From Alphaproteobacteria bacterium (GTDB lineage: Bacteria; Pseudomonadota; Alphaproteobacteria; SP197), in contig OZ219918.1 of NCBI GenBank assembly GCA_964291415.2, positions 736,001 to 800,000 on the forward strand: DNA of 64,000 bases, read 5' to 3'. Below the pieces are notes generated by a model. The model saw only the letters and a list, made by a program, of their open reading frames with translations, was not told where the DNA came from and searched no databases. Of this stretch, positions 30,313-40,610 are shown piece by piece. Both the position numbers and the translations under genes were made by a program. Position 1 is the stretch's first letter, and each line of letters begins with the position of its first letter.

Positions 30313-31842
30313 CTACTCGCTCTTCGTGATCAACTCCCAGCGCAAACTGGCTTCCTCGATCGGCTGGAAGCCATCGACGTTTGCCGAATACGCCCGGGTG
30401 ATGTTGAAGTGGAAGGGGATGAGCGAACCTCCCTCTTCGTACAATTGCCGCTGAAGTTCGCCGTAAAGCGCCTTGCGCTTCTCGAAATCGGGTTCTCCGG
30501 CAGCTGCGTCGAGATTGGCGTCGAACTCTTCATCCCTCCAGAAGTTCTCGTTCCATGAGGAATCGCTGCGCCACCCGAGGTTCAGGATCACTCCGGCTGA
30601 CCTTTGCCACCACCAGGTCTGGAAGACCGTTTCAACCTGATAGACATCGTTCCAGTAGCCGTCAGCCGGCGCCACGACGATATTGACCCTGATGCCGGCG
30701 TCCGCCACCTGCTCCTGGTAAACCTCCGCCATCGTCAGCCAGTGCGGGTCCTTGTCGCTGGTGTAGAGATCGAATTCGATCCCGTCAGCGAATCCGGCTT
30801 CCGCCAGCAGACGCCTGGCCTCGGCAATATCCTGCGGACAGTCGATATCGGCCTGGTAGGCATCGCCCGCCCATACCGGATGATCGCATACGACCGTACC
30901 ACCGCCGGGGCCGGCAACCAGATTGGTCATCTCCTGGCGATCGACGGCGATCCGGACGGCCTTGCGAACCCTCGGATCGTCGAACGGCTCCCTGTCGACC
31001 AGGAAGATGATGCCCTTCCATTCACCGGTCGGGATGGTCTGCGTCTTGAACTTGGAGTTGTTCACGAACAGCGGCTTTTGCTGGGCTGTCAACGCCTCGA
31101 TGTAGTCGATCTGTCCGGTCAGCAGCGCCTGTATCCGTGCCTCGCTGTCCGGAATCGCGATTACCTCGACACGATCGACGCCGGCCCTTTGACCCCAGTA
31201 GTCCTCGTTGACGACCACTTCGGAGGTCCCTTCAGGATCCAGTCTGGTCATCCGGAAGGGGCCGGTGCCGATACCGGTCGTGGCCATGGTGTCACCCGAG
31301 TCTTCCGGGATCATGATCATCTTCCATTCGGTCAAGGCAATGGGCAGATCCGCATCCGGCTGGTTCAGGTTGAAACGTACCGTGTGGCTGCCGAGAGCCT
31401 CGATACTGTCCACTGACTTGATGGTCGAACGGTTTGGCGAATCGACTTCAGGATCCAGGATGCGGCTGATGCTGTAGACGACATCGGCGGCATCGAAGTC
31501 CGAGCCGTCATGGAAACGGACCCCTTCACGCAGTTGCATGGTCAGGGAAAGACCATCGTCGGCAATGCTCCACGACGTCGCAAGGTAGGGTGATGCAGCG
31601 CCGGTCTCGTCGGTTCGGGTCAACCGCTCGTGCACCAGCTGGTTCATGATGTAGAACGCGTCGACGGTGTGCGCGTCCATGGTCTCGGCGCCCCCTCTGC
31701 CAAGGCCGTGGGAAAGCCGAAGAACGGTTTCCGCCATGGCGGTGCCGACGAACATCGTCGCACAGAGAACGACCATTGCCGCGACGCGACCGACGCCCAC
31801 GGCTGATTGTCGTACGATTGAATCAACGTTGTTTTTTCGCAT
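30313..31842 (-). CDS. ABC transporter solute-binding protein, family 5 (Opp/Dpp-like)
   Basis: P.LA.SW, LREGVRFHDGS.F.A.DVVYS, GTGPF, PFDD.RVRKA...A.DR; start set at MRKNN after GAGGAG. Confidence 0.93.
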   Translation of the reverse strand: MRKNNVDSIVRQSAVGVGRVAAMVVLCATMFVGTAMAETVLRLSHGLGRGGAETMDAHTVDAFYIMNQLVHERLTRTDETGAASPYLATSWSIADDGLSLTMQLREGVRFHDGSDFDAADVVYSISRILDPEVDSPNRSTIKSVDSIEALGSHTVRFNLNQPDADLPIALTEWKMIMIPEDSGDTMATTGIGTGPFRMTRLDPEGTSEVVVNEDYWGQRAGVDRVEVIAIPDSEARIQALLTGQIDYIEALTAQQKPLFVNNSKFKTQTIPTGEWKGIIFLVDREPFDDPRVRKAVRIAVDRQEMTNLVAGPGGGTVVCDHPVWAGDAYQADIDCPQDIAEARRLLAEAGFADGIEFDLYTSDKDPHWLTMAEVYQEQVADAGIRVNIVVAPADGYWNDVYQVETVFQTWWWQRSAGVILNLGWRSDSSWNENFWRDEEFDANLDAAAGEPDFEKRKALYGELQRQLYEEGGSLIPFHFNITRAYSANVDGFQPIEEASLRWELITKSE

Positions 31843-32203
31843 GATGTTCTCCTCTCCTCGGTATCGGATGAATAGTTCTGAGAGCCCGGAAGGGCTCCTC
31901 GTTCCGCCGGTTGATGGCGCAGCGATGTCAATCCGATTGGAGGGCCAGTCTAGAGCTTCCGCGCCAGGAGGTCCATTGGACCGGCCGTGGAGCCGGAACC
32001 GGCGCCTGACATGTCCCTGAATTGCAACGATGAATCCGTCGCAGGTACCGATGTCCACGGGCCCCCACCTGGAGCGGGGAAACCGGCCCACGGCCCGGCA
32101 CGTCCGCTTGAGAACAGGCAGCCGGATCCACCAGGATGCAAGACGGGGCTGATATCGTCTCAGGATCGAGACCGCGGTCGAACGGCTTCGGACATGTGGC
32201 CGA

Positions 32204-34252
32204 TCAGGGGCGGCGGGCAGAATCCGTTGTCTTCTGCCGGCTCTCCAGATCAGTGAGCGGGATGTGACAGCGGATCACGTGACCGTCGCCTGCCCTCTGC
32301 CATGGCGGTGTCGTCGTATCGCAGATCGCGCCGATCCTGTGAGGGCAGCGCCGCTGGAATGGGCACCCCCTGGCCGGAGGCGAGAGTTCCACCGCATCAT
32401 CTGCCGTGAGGACCGGCACTGAATCGGGGTCCGGTTCGAGAACGGCGCCGAGCAGGACTTCGGTGTAGGGGTGAGAGGGCAGGGCGTAGACCTTGCCGGA
32501 CGGCCCGACTTCGCACAGCCGTCCCTGGTAGAGCACCGCCACCCGGCCGGCGATTGCCCGCACCACCGCAAGGTCGTGCGAAACGTACACGTACGCTGCG
32601 TTGTGACGGGCCTGGAGTTCCATCAGCAAATCGAGGATCACCGCCTGAACCGAAACATCGAGCGCCGAGGTGACCTCGTCACAGAGAACCAGTTCGGGCT
32701 CCGCGGCGAACGCCCTGGCGATCGCAACCCGCTGTTTCTCCCCACCCGACATCTGGCCGGGCAGGCGGCCGAGGTAGTGAGAGCCAAGACGGACATGCTC
32801 CAGGAGGGCAACACTGCGGTCCCGCAAATCGCCGGCGTTGAGCCCGAAGTAGAGCCGCAGCGGCTGGGCGAGCAACTCGGCCACCGTGTGGCGCGGGTTG
32901 AGCGAGGCATCCGGGTTCTGGAAAATGAGCTGAACCCGGCGCAGGAGATTCGTGTCACGCCGATCGACGGGCGCATTCAGACTCACGTCGTTCTCGAAGG
33001 TGATCGTGCCCTGTCGTGGCGGGCGCAACCCGGCGATGGTGTTGAGAATCGACGACTTGCCACTCCCCGACTCGCCGACCAGCCCCAGCGTCTCGCCACG
33101 GGCCACGTCGAGGACGATACCGTCCACGGTGGGCGTGACGTCAGGTTGTCTTCCGAGAATCTGGTCGATGACGCCGGGCCTGGCGTAACTGATGGAGACA
33201 TCGTCGAGTCGCAGGACCGTGTCGGAGAGACCGCGGCTGCGACCATCTCCTCGTCGCGGAGGTTCGGGTGGTGGCAGGTTTTCGACTTTCTCGTGGTAAT
33301 GACAACGCACGACCTCGCCGGTGGCGGTGGAAACCAGCGGTGGCGACACGTCGCGGCAGAGTTGTCCGGCCATCACGCAGCGGTCCGCAAAGGCACAGCC
33401 CTGCACCTCCTTGTCCGGCGCTGGCGGGCGGCCCGGCATCGATGACGGCACGACCGCTTCCTTGAGCTTGGGGATCGACAGCAGCAGGCCACGGGCATAG
33501 GGATGGGCCGGGTTCCTGAGCACCCGGCGTGCCGGGCCCTGGAGCACGAGCTCCCCGGCGTACATGACGGCGATACGATCGCTGACCCGTGCTACGGCGC
33601 CCAGATCATGGCTGACGTAGACCATCGCGGTTCCCGTTTCCGTCGCCAGATCCCGCAACAGTTCGAGAACATGGGCTTGCGTGGTGACGTCAAGTCCGGT
33701 TGTCGGCTCGTCGAGCAGAAGCACTTCGGGCTTGCCGGCCAGTGCCATGGCGATGGCGACGCGCTGTTGCTGGCCGCCCGAAATCTCGTGGGGATAGCGT
33801 TCCAGGAGTTCTTCGGGTTCCGGCAAGCGCACCTGCGACAACAACTCGATGACACGCTCACGGCGCCGCTCTGGTGCAAGAGTCGTGTGGAGTCTCACCG
33901 ACTCCTCGATCTGCCGGCCGATTCTGGATGTTGGTGTCAATGCCTGACCGGCATTCTGCGGAATCAGGGCGAGGTCGCCGCCCCGAATGTCCTCGAGGGC
34001 ATGGTTGTCCATGGCGAACAGATTGTGCTCCCGAAACACGACATCGCCTTCCAGAACACGCAGTCCCGGTTTCAGGAATCCCATCATGGCCAGGGCCAGG
34101 GTGCTCTTGCCGCAACCCGACTCGCCGACCAGTCCGACCGTCTCGCCCTTGCCGAAGCTGAAGTCCACGTTGCGGAGAATGGCCAGGGTCGCGCCGCCGG
34201 CGCCGGTGAAGCCGACACTCAGGTTGTTGACTTGGACGAGCGCATCCGCCAC
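32204..34252 (-). CDS. Fused OppD/OppF-type ABC ATP-binding protein
   Basis: Two modules: GESGCGKS/ISGGQQQR/DEPT and GESGSGKS/MSGGEKQR/DEVT, each with HPY and a Cys-rich tail; probable GTG start at 34252. Confidence 0.93.
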   Translation of the reverse strand: MADALVQVNNLSVGFTGAGGATLAILRNVDFSFGKGETVGLVGESGCGKSTLALAMMGFLKPGLRVLEGDVVFREHNLFAMDNHALEDIRGGDLALIPQNAGQALTPTSRIGRQIEESVRLHTTLAPERRRERVIELLSQVRLPEPEELLERYPHEISGGQQQRVAIAMALAGKPEVLLLDEPTTGLDVTTQAHVLELLRDLATETGTAMVYVSHDLGAVARVSDRIAVMYAGELVLQGPARRVLRNPAHPYARGLLLSIPKLKEAVVPSSMPGRPPAPDKEVQGCAFADRCVMAGQLCRDVSPPLVSTATGEVVRCHYHEKVENLPPPEPPRRGDGRSRGLSDTVLRLDDVSISYARPGVIDQILGRQPDVTPTVDGIVLDVARGETLGLVGESGSGKSSILNTIAGLRPPRQGTITFENDVSLNAPVDRRDTNLLRRVQLIFQNPDASLNPRHTVAELLAQPLRLYFGLNAGDLRDRSVALLEHVRLGSHYLGRLPGQMSGGEKQRVAIARAFAAEPELVLCDEVTSALDVSVQAVILDLLMELQARHNAAYVYVSHDLAVVRAIAGRVAVLYQGRLCEVGPSGKVYALPSHPYTEVLLGAVLEPDPDSVPVLTADDAVELSPPARGCPFQRRCPHRIGAICDTTTPPWQRAGDGHVIRCHIPLTDLESRQKTTDSARRP

Positions 34253-34259
34253 GGGAGAC

Positions 34260-35153
34260 CTACACGGGAGCCTTTTGGGCCCGGTCAATGCCGAGTGTCT
34301 TGGCGAGGGCATCGGCGCTGAGGTTGACGCCGACTATCATCGAGCTCAAGGCGATGATCGGCGCCAACACCGCCCACGGCGCGACGGCCATGTAGCTGCG
34401 TCCGTTTGCAATCATCAATCCCCAGTCGGCTGTCGGCGGAGTGATGCCGAAGCCGAGGAACGACAGCGAACTGAATGCCAGGATCATCCACGACCAGCGC
34501 ATGGCACCGTCGACCAGCAGCACGTCCCGGACATTGGGCAGGATCTCGCGCCAGACGATGGTCCACATTCTCTCGCCGCGCGCCCGCGCGGCGGTGATGA
34601 AGTCTCGTGCCGTCACGTCGTGGGTTGCCGCTCGTGAGATGCGAATGACCGAGATGCCGTAGAAGAACGCCAGGGTCGGGATCAGGACGGCGTCAGCGGT
34701 ACCAAGAACGGCGATGATCAGAAGCAGGAACAGGATCCAGGGGATCGCCATGAAGGCGTCAACGACCCGCATCACCACGTCGTCGACCTTTCCGCCGACC
34801 AGGCCGAGCATGAGGCCGAGAGATCCGCCCCACAGCACGGCAATCAGGGTTCCCAGACTGGAAATGACCAGCGCTTGCCGCCCGCCCAGCATGGTGCGGG
34901 TCAGGACGTCGCGGCCGAGGTGATCGCCGCCGAGCCAATGCTCCGGGCTTGGGCTGGCGAGAACCAGATGTGAATCCTGGGTTGTATAGTCATAAGGCAC
35001 GATCCACGGCGAGACGACGGCAAGGAGGACATGGCCGCCGACGATTGCGAGGCCCACCAGGCCGGAGGGACGCCTGGCCATCTCGCGGATCACCGCGCCG
35101 ACCCGGAACACCCTGTTGCCGGGAACCTCGTTCGCTGAACTCACCGCGGCCAT
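34260..35153 (-). CDS. ABC permease (DppC/OppC-like)
   Basis: H.LG.D.LGRDV, AARARG, ILPN, LSFLGFG..PP..DWG.MI. Confidence 0.93.
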   Translation of the reverse strand: MAAVSSANEVPGNRVFRVGAVIREMARRPSGLVGLAIVGGHVLLAVVSPWIVPYDYTTQDSHLVLASPSPEHWLGGDHLGRDVLTRTMLGGRQALVISSLGTLIAVLWGGSLGLMLGLVGGKVDDVVMRVVDAFMAIPWILFLLLIIAVLGTADAVLIPTLAFFYGISVIRISRAATHDVTARDFITAARARGERMWTIVWREILPNVRDVLLVDGAMRWSWMILAFSSLSFLGFGITPPTADWGLMIANGRSYMAVAPWAVLAPIIALSSMIVGVNLSADALAKTLGIDRAQKAPV

Positions 35154-35157
35154 GGTG

Positions 35158-36111
35158 TCAGACCTTCATGGTCCTGAGTCGGGGATTGGCGATCAGGGAC
35201 AGCAAGTCGGCGACCAGGTTCAGCCCGACGTAGAGCACCGCGAGGATCAGTGCGATCGCCTGAACCAGCGCCAGGTCGCGGTCAGACACCGAATCGAGCA
35301 TCAATCGCCCCAATCCCGGATAGTTGAAGACGATTTCGATGACCACGGTGCCGCCAAGCAGCCATGCGAGTGTCAGCGCCACCAGGTTGATGGTGGGAAG
35401 GAGTGCGTTGGGCAGCACATGCCTGAACACCACCTGCCAGTAGGGAACACCCTTGAGAATTGCCATTTGCACGTAGTCGCTTGCCAAGACGTCGATCACG
35501 CAGGTTCTGACCATGCGCAGAATGTGCGCCGTCATGACGAAGGCGAGCGCAATGATCGGCAGGATGATGTCCTGGAGAAACTCGAAGACGGGGGCATCGG
35601 GCCTGGTGATGACAATTCCCGGCAGCCAGCCCAGCCAGACGCTGAAGAAGAGAATCAACAGTGTGGCGCTGATGAACTCCGGCAGGGTCATGGCGAAGAT
35701 CGCGCTCGTGGATATCCAGAGGTCTGCCGCGCGGTCGCGTGTCAACGCGGCGATGACACCGAGCAGAATCGCAATCGGGATCCCGACCGCAGAGGCTGCC
35801 GCACCGAGAAGCAGGGTGTTGCGCAGGCGGATTTCCACCAGATCGGAAATGGGTTTGTGACGCCGGGTCGAAACACCCAGGTCACCCTGGAGGGCGCCTC
35901 CCGCCCAAACAAGGAACCGCTCGTGGGCCGGCCGGTCGAGCCCGAATTCGTCGCGGCATTGCGCGAGCCGGGTCTCCAGGGCCGTGTCACGTCCCAGATA
36001 GGCGGTGCAGGCATCGCCGGGCAGTGCTTCCACGCCGACAAAGACGATGACTGTGACCATGACAAGCGTCAACACGCCCAGTGCCAACCGGCGCAGTATC
36101 AACTTGAACAT
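35158..36111 (-). CDS. ABC permease (DppB/OppB-like)
   Basis: GLDRP, GDLG.S, DYV.MA.LKG, H.LPNA, IE.VFNYPGLG; GGAGG RBS. Confidence 0.93.
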   Translation of the reverse strand: MFKLILRRLALGVLTLVMVTVIVFVGVEALPGDACTAYLGRDTALETRLAQCRDEFGLDRPAHERFLVWAGGALQGDLGVSTRRHKPISDLVEIRLRNTLLLGAAASAVGIPIAILLGVIAALTRDRAADLWISTSAIFAMTLPEFISATLLILFFSVWLGWLPGIVITRPDAPVFEFLQDIILPIIALAFVMTAHILRMVRTCVIDVLASDYVQMAILKGVPYWQVVFRHVLPNALLPTINLVALTLAWLLGGTVVIEIVFNYPGLGRLMLDSVSDRDLALVQAIALILAVLYVGLNLVADLLSLIANPRLRTMKV

Positions 36112-36397
36112 GGTACCTCCGGATTGCCGCCGGGCACGGTGCTGATCTGAATGGCCCTTTCGACGTGTGTCGCAAACATAGCCCACTTGCGGTGTACGTG
36201 CCAGACGCGTTGCTCATCGAGCAGGTTCGATCGCGTCGACGTGCCCTCTGCCTGGTGTCTTCGCGTCGACAGGGAAGTCCGCGGCCTGGACCAGGCGCGT
36301 ACGGCAAGACTCTCGTCTGCCGGGCCTCTCTTGTCATCCGTTCGACCGGCCGATACCGTGTCGTCGATCCTGCCCCTCCAGCGGACGGTCCGCCACC

Positions 36398-37531
36398 ATG
36401 TCGACCACCTACGTTCGCCTTGACGAGGTCTCCGACACGTTACCGAGCAGCTTCTACTACGATCGTGATCACCACGATCGGGAACTCAGGCAGATCTGGT
36501 ACAGACAATGGTTGCTGGTAGGCCGATCTGACGCATTGGCGGAGGTCGGCGACTATCAGGTTGTGGAAGTCGGAGACCAGAGCGTCATCATCACGCGTGA
36601 CGGGGATCAACGGCTGCAGGCTTTCCACAACACCTGCCGGCACCGTGGTTCGGTTCTCTGCGAGCATTCGCGCGGCAAGTTTCGCGCCAGGCGGATCGTG
36701 TGCCCCTATCACGCATGGACCTACTCTCTTGAAGGCGAACTGACGGCAACACCCTGGCGTCTCGAGGGCGGCGGGTTCGATGCCGCACGATACCCGCTCT
36801 ACAAGGTTGCGGTTGGAGAATGGGCGGGGTTCACCTTCATCAATCTTGACGAAAACGCGGCGCCGTTCGATGACCGGACACTCGGCGACACGCCTGCTCT
36901 CCTGGCGAACTGGAATCTGGGAGAGACCGTCGCCGTGCACACGATGACGCTGGATCTCGAGTGCAACTGGAAGGCGTTCTGGGACAACTTCAACGAGTGT
37001 CTGCACTGTCCCGGCGTGCACCCTGAACTGTGCCGCATCGTGCCGCAGTTCCGCGAAGGGCTGGCAACCGGCAACGTCGTGCGCGGTGACGGGGACACCT
37101 CTTCACCCCTCATCGAGGGCGCAGTCACGTGGAGCGTTGGCGGCGCGACAAGTCTGCCGTGGTTCGAAGGACTCAACGAGCGTGAGAAGCGCGCCGGCGC
37201 GACGTTCGGCGTTTTTCCGCCGAGCGGCTATGTGGTGACGCACGTGGACTACGCCAGGTTGGTGCACATGCTTCCCACGGGGCCGGAGCGCACACGGCTC
37301 GTGGTGTCGTGGCTTGTCCCGCCCGGGACCGTGGATCACCCCGAGTTTTCGGTGGAAAAGCTGATCAAGCTCGCCGAAGCCGTGGTTCGCGAGGATGGCC
37401 GGGCAAGCGAGATCAACCAGAAGGGGTTGCGCTCCAACCGGCACAAGACGGGCGTGCTTGTGCCGCAGGAGATCTTCGTGCGCGAGTTTCACGACTGGGT
37501 GAGAGAACAGTTGGACGATGCCGGCGCTTGA
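36398..37531 (+). CDS. Rieske non-heme iron oxygenase alpha subunit (quaternary-amine demethylase group)
   Basis: Rieske CRH...CPYH; mononuclear iron site NWK...NFNECLHCP.VH and D in VREDG. Confidence 0.9.
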   Translation: MSTTYVRLDEVSDTLPSSFYYDRDHHDRELRQIWYRQWLLVGRSDALAEVGDYQVVEVGDQSVIITRDGDQRLQAFHNTCRHRGSVLCEHSRGKFRARRIVCPYHAWTYSLEGELTATPWRLEGGGFDAARYPLYKVAVGEWAGFTFINLDENAAPFDDRTLGDTPALLANWNLGETVAVHTMTLDLECNWKAFWDNFNECLHCPGVHPELCRIVPQFREGLATGNVVRGDGDTSSPLIEGAVTWSVGGATSLPWFEGLNEREKRAGATFGVFPPSGYVVTHVDYARLVHMLPTGPERTRLVVSWLVPPGTVDHPEFSVEKLIKLAEAVVREDGRASEINQKGLRSNRHKTGVLVPQEIFVREFHDWVREQLDDAGA

Positions 37532-37733
37532 ACCTCTGTCGAAGACGCCGTGAGGCAGTTGCCAGGGTTGTCAGCGTGCTCCATCTTGATGCAAGACGGC
37601 TGCAGTTCATCCTTGGATGACCGGTGCACGCAACGGTTTGCCGAGGGCCCGGCCCATGACGAGTGGGTTCAGAGTCCGGTGCCGTCCGGCGTTTTCACTT
37701 GACTTGCGGTTGCTTTCCTTTCAAGGAGGAAGC

Positions 37734-37792
37734 ACGTGGTGATTTGTGCCAACCGGCTTGCGGCCACGAAAAACAACTCGCTAAAAGGTTGC
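37734..37792 (+). ncRNA. SAM riboswitch, alphaproteobacterial SAM-II (SAM_alpha) type
   Basis: CGTGGTGATTTG.GCC.ACCGGCTTGC.GCCACG...AACAA.TCGCTAAA matches the SAM-alpha pattern; directly upstream of metZ. Confidence 0.9.
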
Positions 37793-37851
37793 GGTCGATC
37801 TTCCGATGAGGCCGGACCCTTCAGGCGGGTTTCGGGAAGGAAGATCGCGCG

Positions 37852-39036
37852 ATGGAACAGCCTCCGAACGAATGGCGCCTGCCCACACGCCTGGTGCGTG
37901 GCGGCCTGACGCGTAGCCCTCACAGCGAAACCAGCGAAGCTCTCTACCTGACCTCCGGCTATGTCTACGACACGGCCGAGGAAGCGGCGGCGGCCTTTGC
38001 CGAAGAGAACCCGCGCTACATCTATTCGCGCTATGGAAACCCCACGGTCTCCATGTTCGAGGAACGGTTGCGCCTGCTCGAGGGCGCCGAAGCGTGCCGC
38101 GCCACGTCTTCGGGCATGGCGGCGGTCTTCGCCGCGCTTGCCTCGATCCTCAAGGCCGGCGACAGGCTCGTGGCGTCGCGGGCGCTGTTCGGTTCGTGCC
38201 TTCATGTCGTCGCCAAGATCCTGCCGCCCTTCGGAATAGAGACGCATCTCGTGGACGGCACCGATCTTGGCCAGTGGCGCGATGCTCTGAAAGGCGGCGC
38301 CAGGGCCGTCTTCCTCGAAACACCCTCGAACCCCACGCTCGAGATCATCGATCTTCCTCAAGTCTGCGCGCTTGCGCACGAGGCGGGAGCGACGGTCGTG
38401 GTTGACAACGTCTTCGCCTCGCCCCTGTTGCAGAAACCCCTGGAACTCGGCGCCGACATCGTCGTCTACTCCGCCACGAAGCACATCGACGGCCAGGGCC
38501 GCTGCCTCGGCGGTGCGGTGCTGGGTCCGGCGAAGTTCGTGGACGGACCGTTGTTCACCTTTCTCAAGCACACCGGTCCCGCCCTCTCCCCCTTCAATGC
38601 CTGGGTGCTGCTCAAAGGGTTGGAGACCCTCGATCTCAGGGTGGCGCGCCACTCGGCAAACGCCGAGTCCGTCGCCGGCTGGCTGGATTCACGGCATGGC
38701 GTTCGGCGCATGCTCTATCCCTGGCACCCGGCTCATCCCCAGACGGAGCTAGCCCGGCGCATGATGAAGGGAGGGGGCAGCGTCATCGCTTTCGAGGTCG
38801 AGGGCGGCCGGCAGCGCGCCTTCAGCTTTCTCAACGCCCTGAAGCTGATCGACATCTCGAACAATCTCGGCGATTCGAAAAGCCTCGTCACGCATCCCGC
38901 CACCACGACGCATTCCAAGCTGTCGCCGGAAGAACGGGAACACCTTGGCATCACGGAAGGCCTTGTGCGCCTGCATGTTGGTCTGGAGGACGTCGCGGAC
39001 ATCGAAGACGACCTCGCGCAGGCGCTCGCCGATTGA
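37852..39036 (+). CDS. metZ: O-succinylhomoserine sulfhydrylase
   Basis: ETSEALYLTSGYVY, YSRYGNPTV, YSATKHIDGQGR, ISNNLGDSKS..THPATTTH. Confidence 0.95.
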   Translation: MEQPPNEWRLPTRLVRGGLTRSPHSETSEALYLTSGYVYDTAEEAAAAFAEENPRYIYSRYGNPTVSMFEERLRLLEGAEACRATSSGMAAVFAALASILKAGDRLVASRALFGSCLHVVAKILPPFGIETHLVDGTDLGQWRDALKGGARAVFLETPSNPTLEIIDLPQVCALAHEAGATVVVDNVFASPLLQKPLELGADIVVYSATKHIDGQGRCLGGAVLGPAKFVDGPLFTFLKHTGPALSPFNAWVLLKGLETLDLRVARHSANAESVAGWLDSRHGVRRMLYPWHPAHPQTELARRMMKGGGSVIAFEVEGGRQRAFSFLNALKLIDISNNLGDSKSLVTHPATTTHSKLSPEEREHLGITEGLVRLHVGLEDVADIEDDLAQALAD

Positions 39037-39078
39037 GCGGCCTTCATGTGGCGCGAACCGGGCAACCCCCGGGGCTTG

Positions 39079-39843
39079 TCAGGAGCGGTTCATGATCGAT
39101 GGCAGGGAGAGACGCGCGTGGCGCCCGCCGTCGATCGTGATCACCTGGCCGGTGACGAAACGCGAGTCCTCGCTGGCCAGCCAGACGACGACATCCGCCA
39201 CGTCGAGCGGATCGCCGACATGGCCCACCGGGTGCAGCCTGCCCAGTTCGGCCATCACGAGGTCGCGGTCGGGGTGCGACTCGACATAGGCCCTGTTGAG
39301 ATCGGTATCGATCCATCCGGGGGCCACCGCGTTGCAGCGGATGCCGAGCGCGCCGAGGTCGACGGCGAGCGCGACGGTCAGCCCGTGAACACCGGCCTTG
39401 GACGCGGCGTAGGCGGTGTGTCCGGGATTGCACGCGATCCCTTCGAGGGATCCGATGTTGACGATGGCGCCGCCGCCACGCGCCGCCATCTGCTCCACGA
39501 CATGCTTGGCCATCAGGAAGGGGCCCTTCAGGTTCACCGCCATCATGCGATCCCAGTCGTCCGTGCACTGCTCGGCCAGGGACTTTTCGAACATGATGCC
39601 TGCGTTGTTGACCAGGATGTCGATGCCGCCCTCATCGGCCGTCACGGCCTCGACGAAACCGGCGATCGAATCCTCGTCGGTCACGTCCAGCGCCTTCCAG
39701 GCCAGGTTCCCGTCCTCGGGGCGTCGCAAGTCGCCCGCCACGACCTGCGCGCCGGCTTCAGCCAGGCGCCGGCAGATCGCAAGGCCGATCCCTCTTGCGC
39801 CGCCTGTCACCACGGCACACTTGCCGGCCAGGCGTCCGCTCAT
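39079..39843 (-). CDS. Short-chain dehydrogenase/reductase
   Basis: TGGARGIG, NNAG, YAASK, NAVAPGWIDT. Confidence 0.93.
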   Translation of the reverse strand: MSGRLAGKCAVVTGGARGIGLAICRRLAEAGAQVVAGDLRRPEDGNLAWKALDVTDEDSIAGFVEAVTADEGGIDILVNNAGIMFEKSLAEQCTDDWDRMMAVNLKGPFLMAKHVVEQMAARGGGAIVNIGSLEGIACNPGHTAYAASKAGVHGLTVALAVDLGALGIRCNAVAPGWIDTDLNRAYVESHPDRDLVMAELGRLHPVGHVGDPLDVADVVVWLASEDSRFVTGQVITIDGGRHARLSLPSIMNRS

Positions 39844-40610
39844 CTCGCCGTGTAGCCGCCGTCGATCGAAATGGCCGCACCCGTGATGTGCAGGCTGTCG
39901 TCACAGGCAAGGAAGATGATCAACCGGGCGATTTCTTCAGGCTTCGGAATCCGCCCCTGAGGGATTCCCGCGCGGTTGCGTTCCAGCACCTCGTCCGGCG
40001 AGTTGCCGGCGCCGCGGTGGCCGGAAACCAGCATTGGCGTGTCGACCGCGCCCGGGCACACCGCATTCACCCGGATCCCGTCGGTGGCGTGATCCAGCGC
40101 CAGGGCGCGGGTGAGGTTCACCACGGCTCCCTTCGAGGCACAGTAGGCCGGCATGCCCGGCGTGCCGACCAGGCCGACGGTGGATGCCAGGTTGATGATG
40201 GCGCCGCCGCCGGTCTCCTTCATCGTGCGGATCGCCGCTCGCGCCATGAAGAAGGCGCCGTCGAGGTTGGTCGCCATGACCCGGCGCCAGGCCTCGTCGT
40301 CGGTGTCAAGGGCGTTGCCGCGCCACATGGTGCCGGCAATGTTGGCCAGCACGTCGAGCCGGCCATAGGTCGACATGGTACGGGCGACGGCCTCGTCGCA
40401 GAATGAGGACAGCGCCACGTCTCCAAGAATGACGTCGCCGGCGCCGCCGGTCTCCTCGATACGGCGCAACACCGCCGAGGCCTTGCCGCCGTCCCTGCCG
40501 GTCAGCATGACCCTGGCGCCCGCTGCGGCGGCGGCGATTGCAGTCGCCTCGCCGATCCCCGACGTCGCGCCGGTTACGAGCGCGACCCTGCCGTCCAGCG
40601 TCCCGCTCAC
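39840..40610 (-). CDS. Short-chain dehydrogenase/reductase
   Basis: TGATSGIG, NIAG, YCASK, IRVNAVCPG. Confidence 0.93.
   Translation of the reverse strand: MSGTLDGRVALVTGATSGIGEATAIAAAAAGARVMLTGRDGGKASAVLRRIEETGGAGDVILGDVALSSFCDEAVARTMSTYGRLDVLANIAGTMWRGNALDTDDEAWRRVMATNLDGAFFMARAAIRTMKETGGGAIINLASTVGLVGTPGMPAYCASKGAVVNLTRALALDHATDGIRVNAVCPGAVDTPMLVSGHRGAGNSPDEVLERNRAGIPQGRIPKPEEIARLIIFLACDDSLHITGAAISIDGGYTAR

Noticed and set aside
32136-32147. GATGCAAGACGG shared with 37588-37599
   Set aside because: A 12-nt match with no extension is expected by chance in 64 kb
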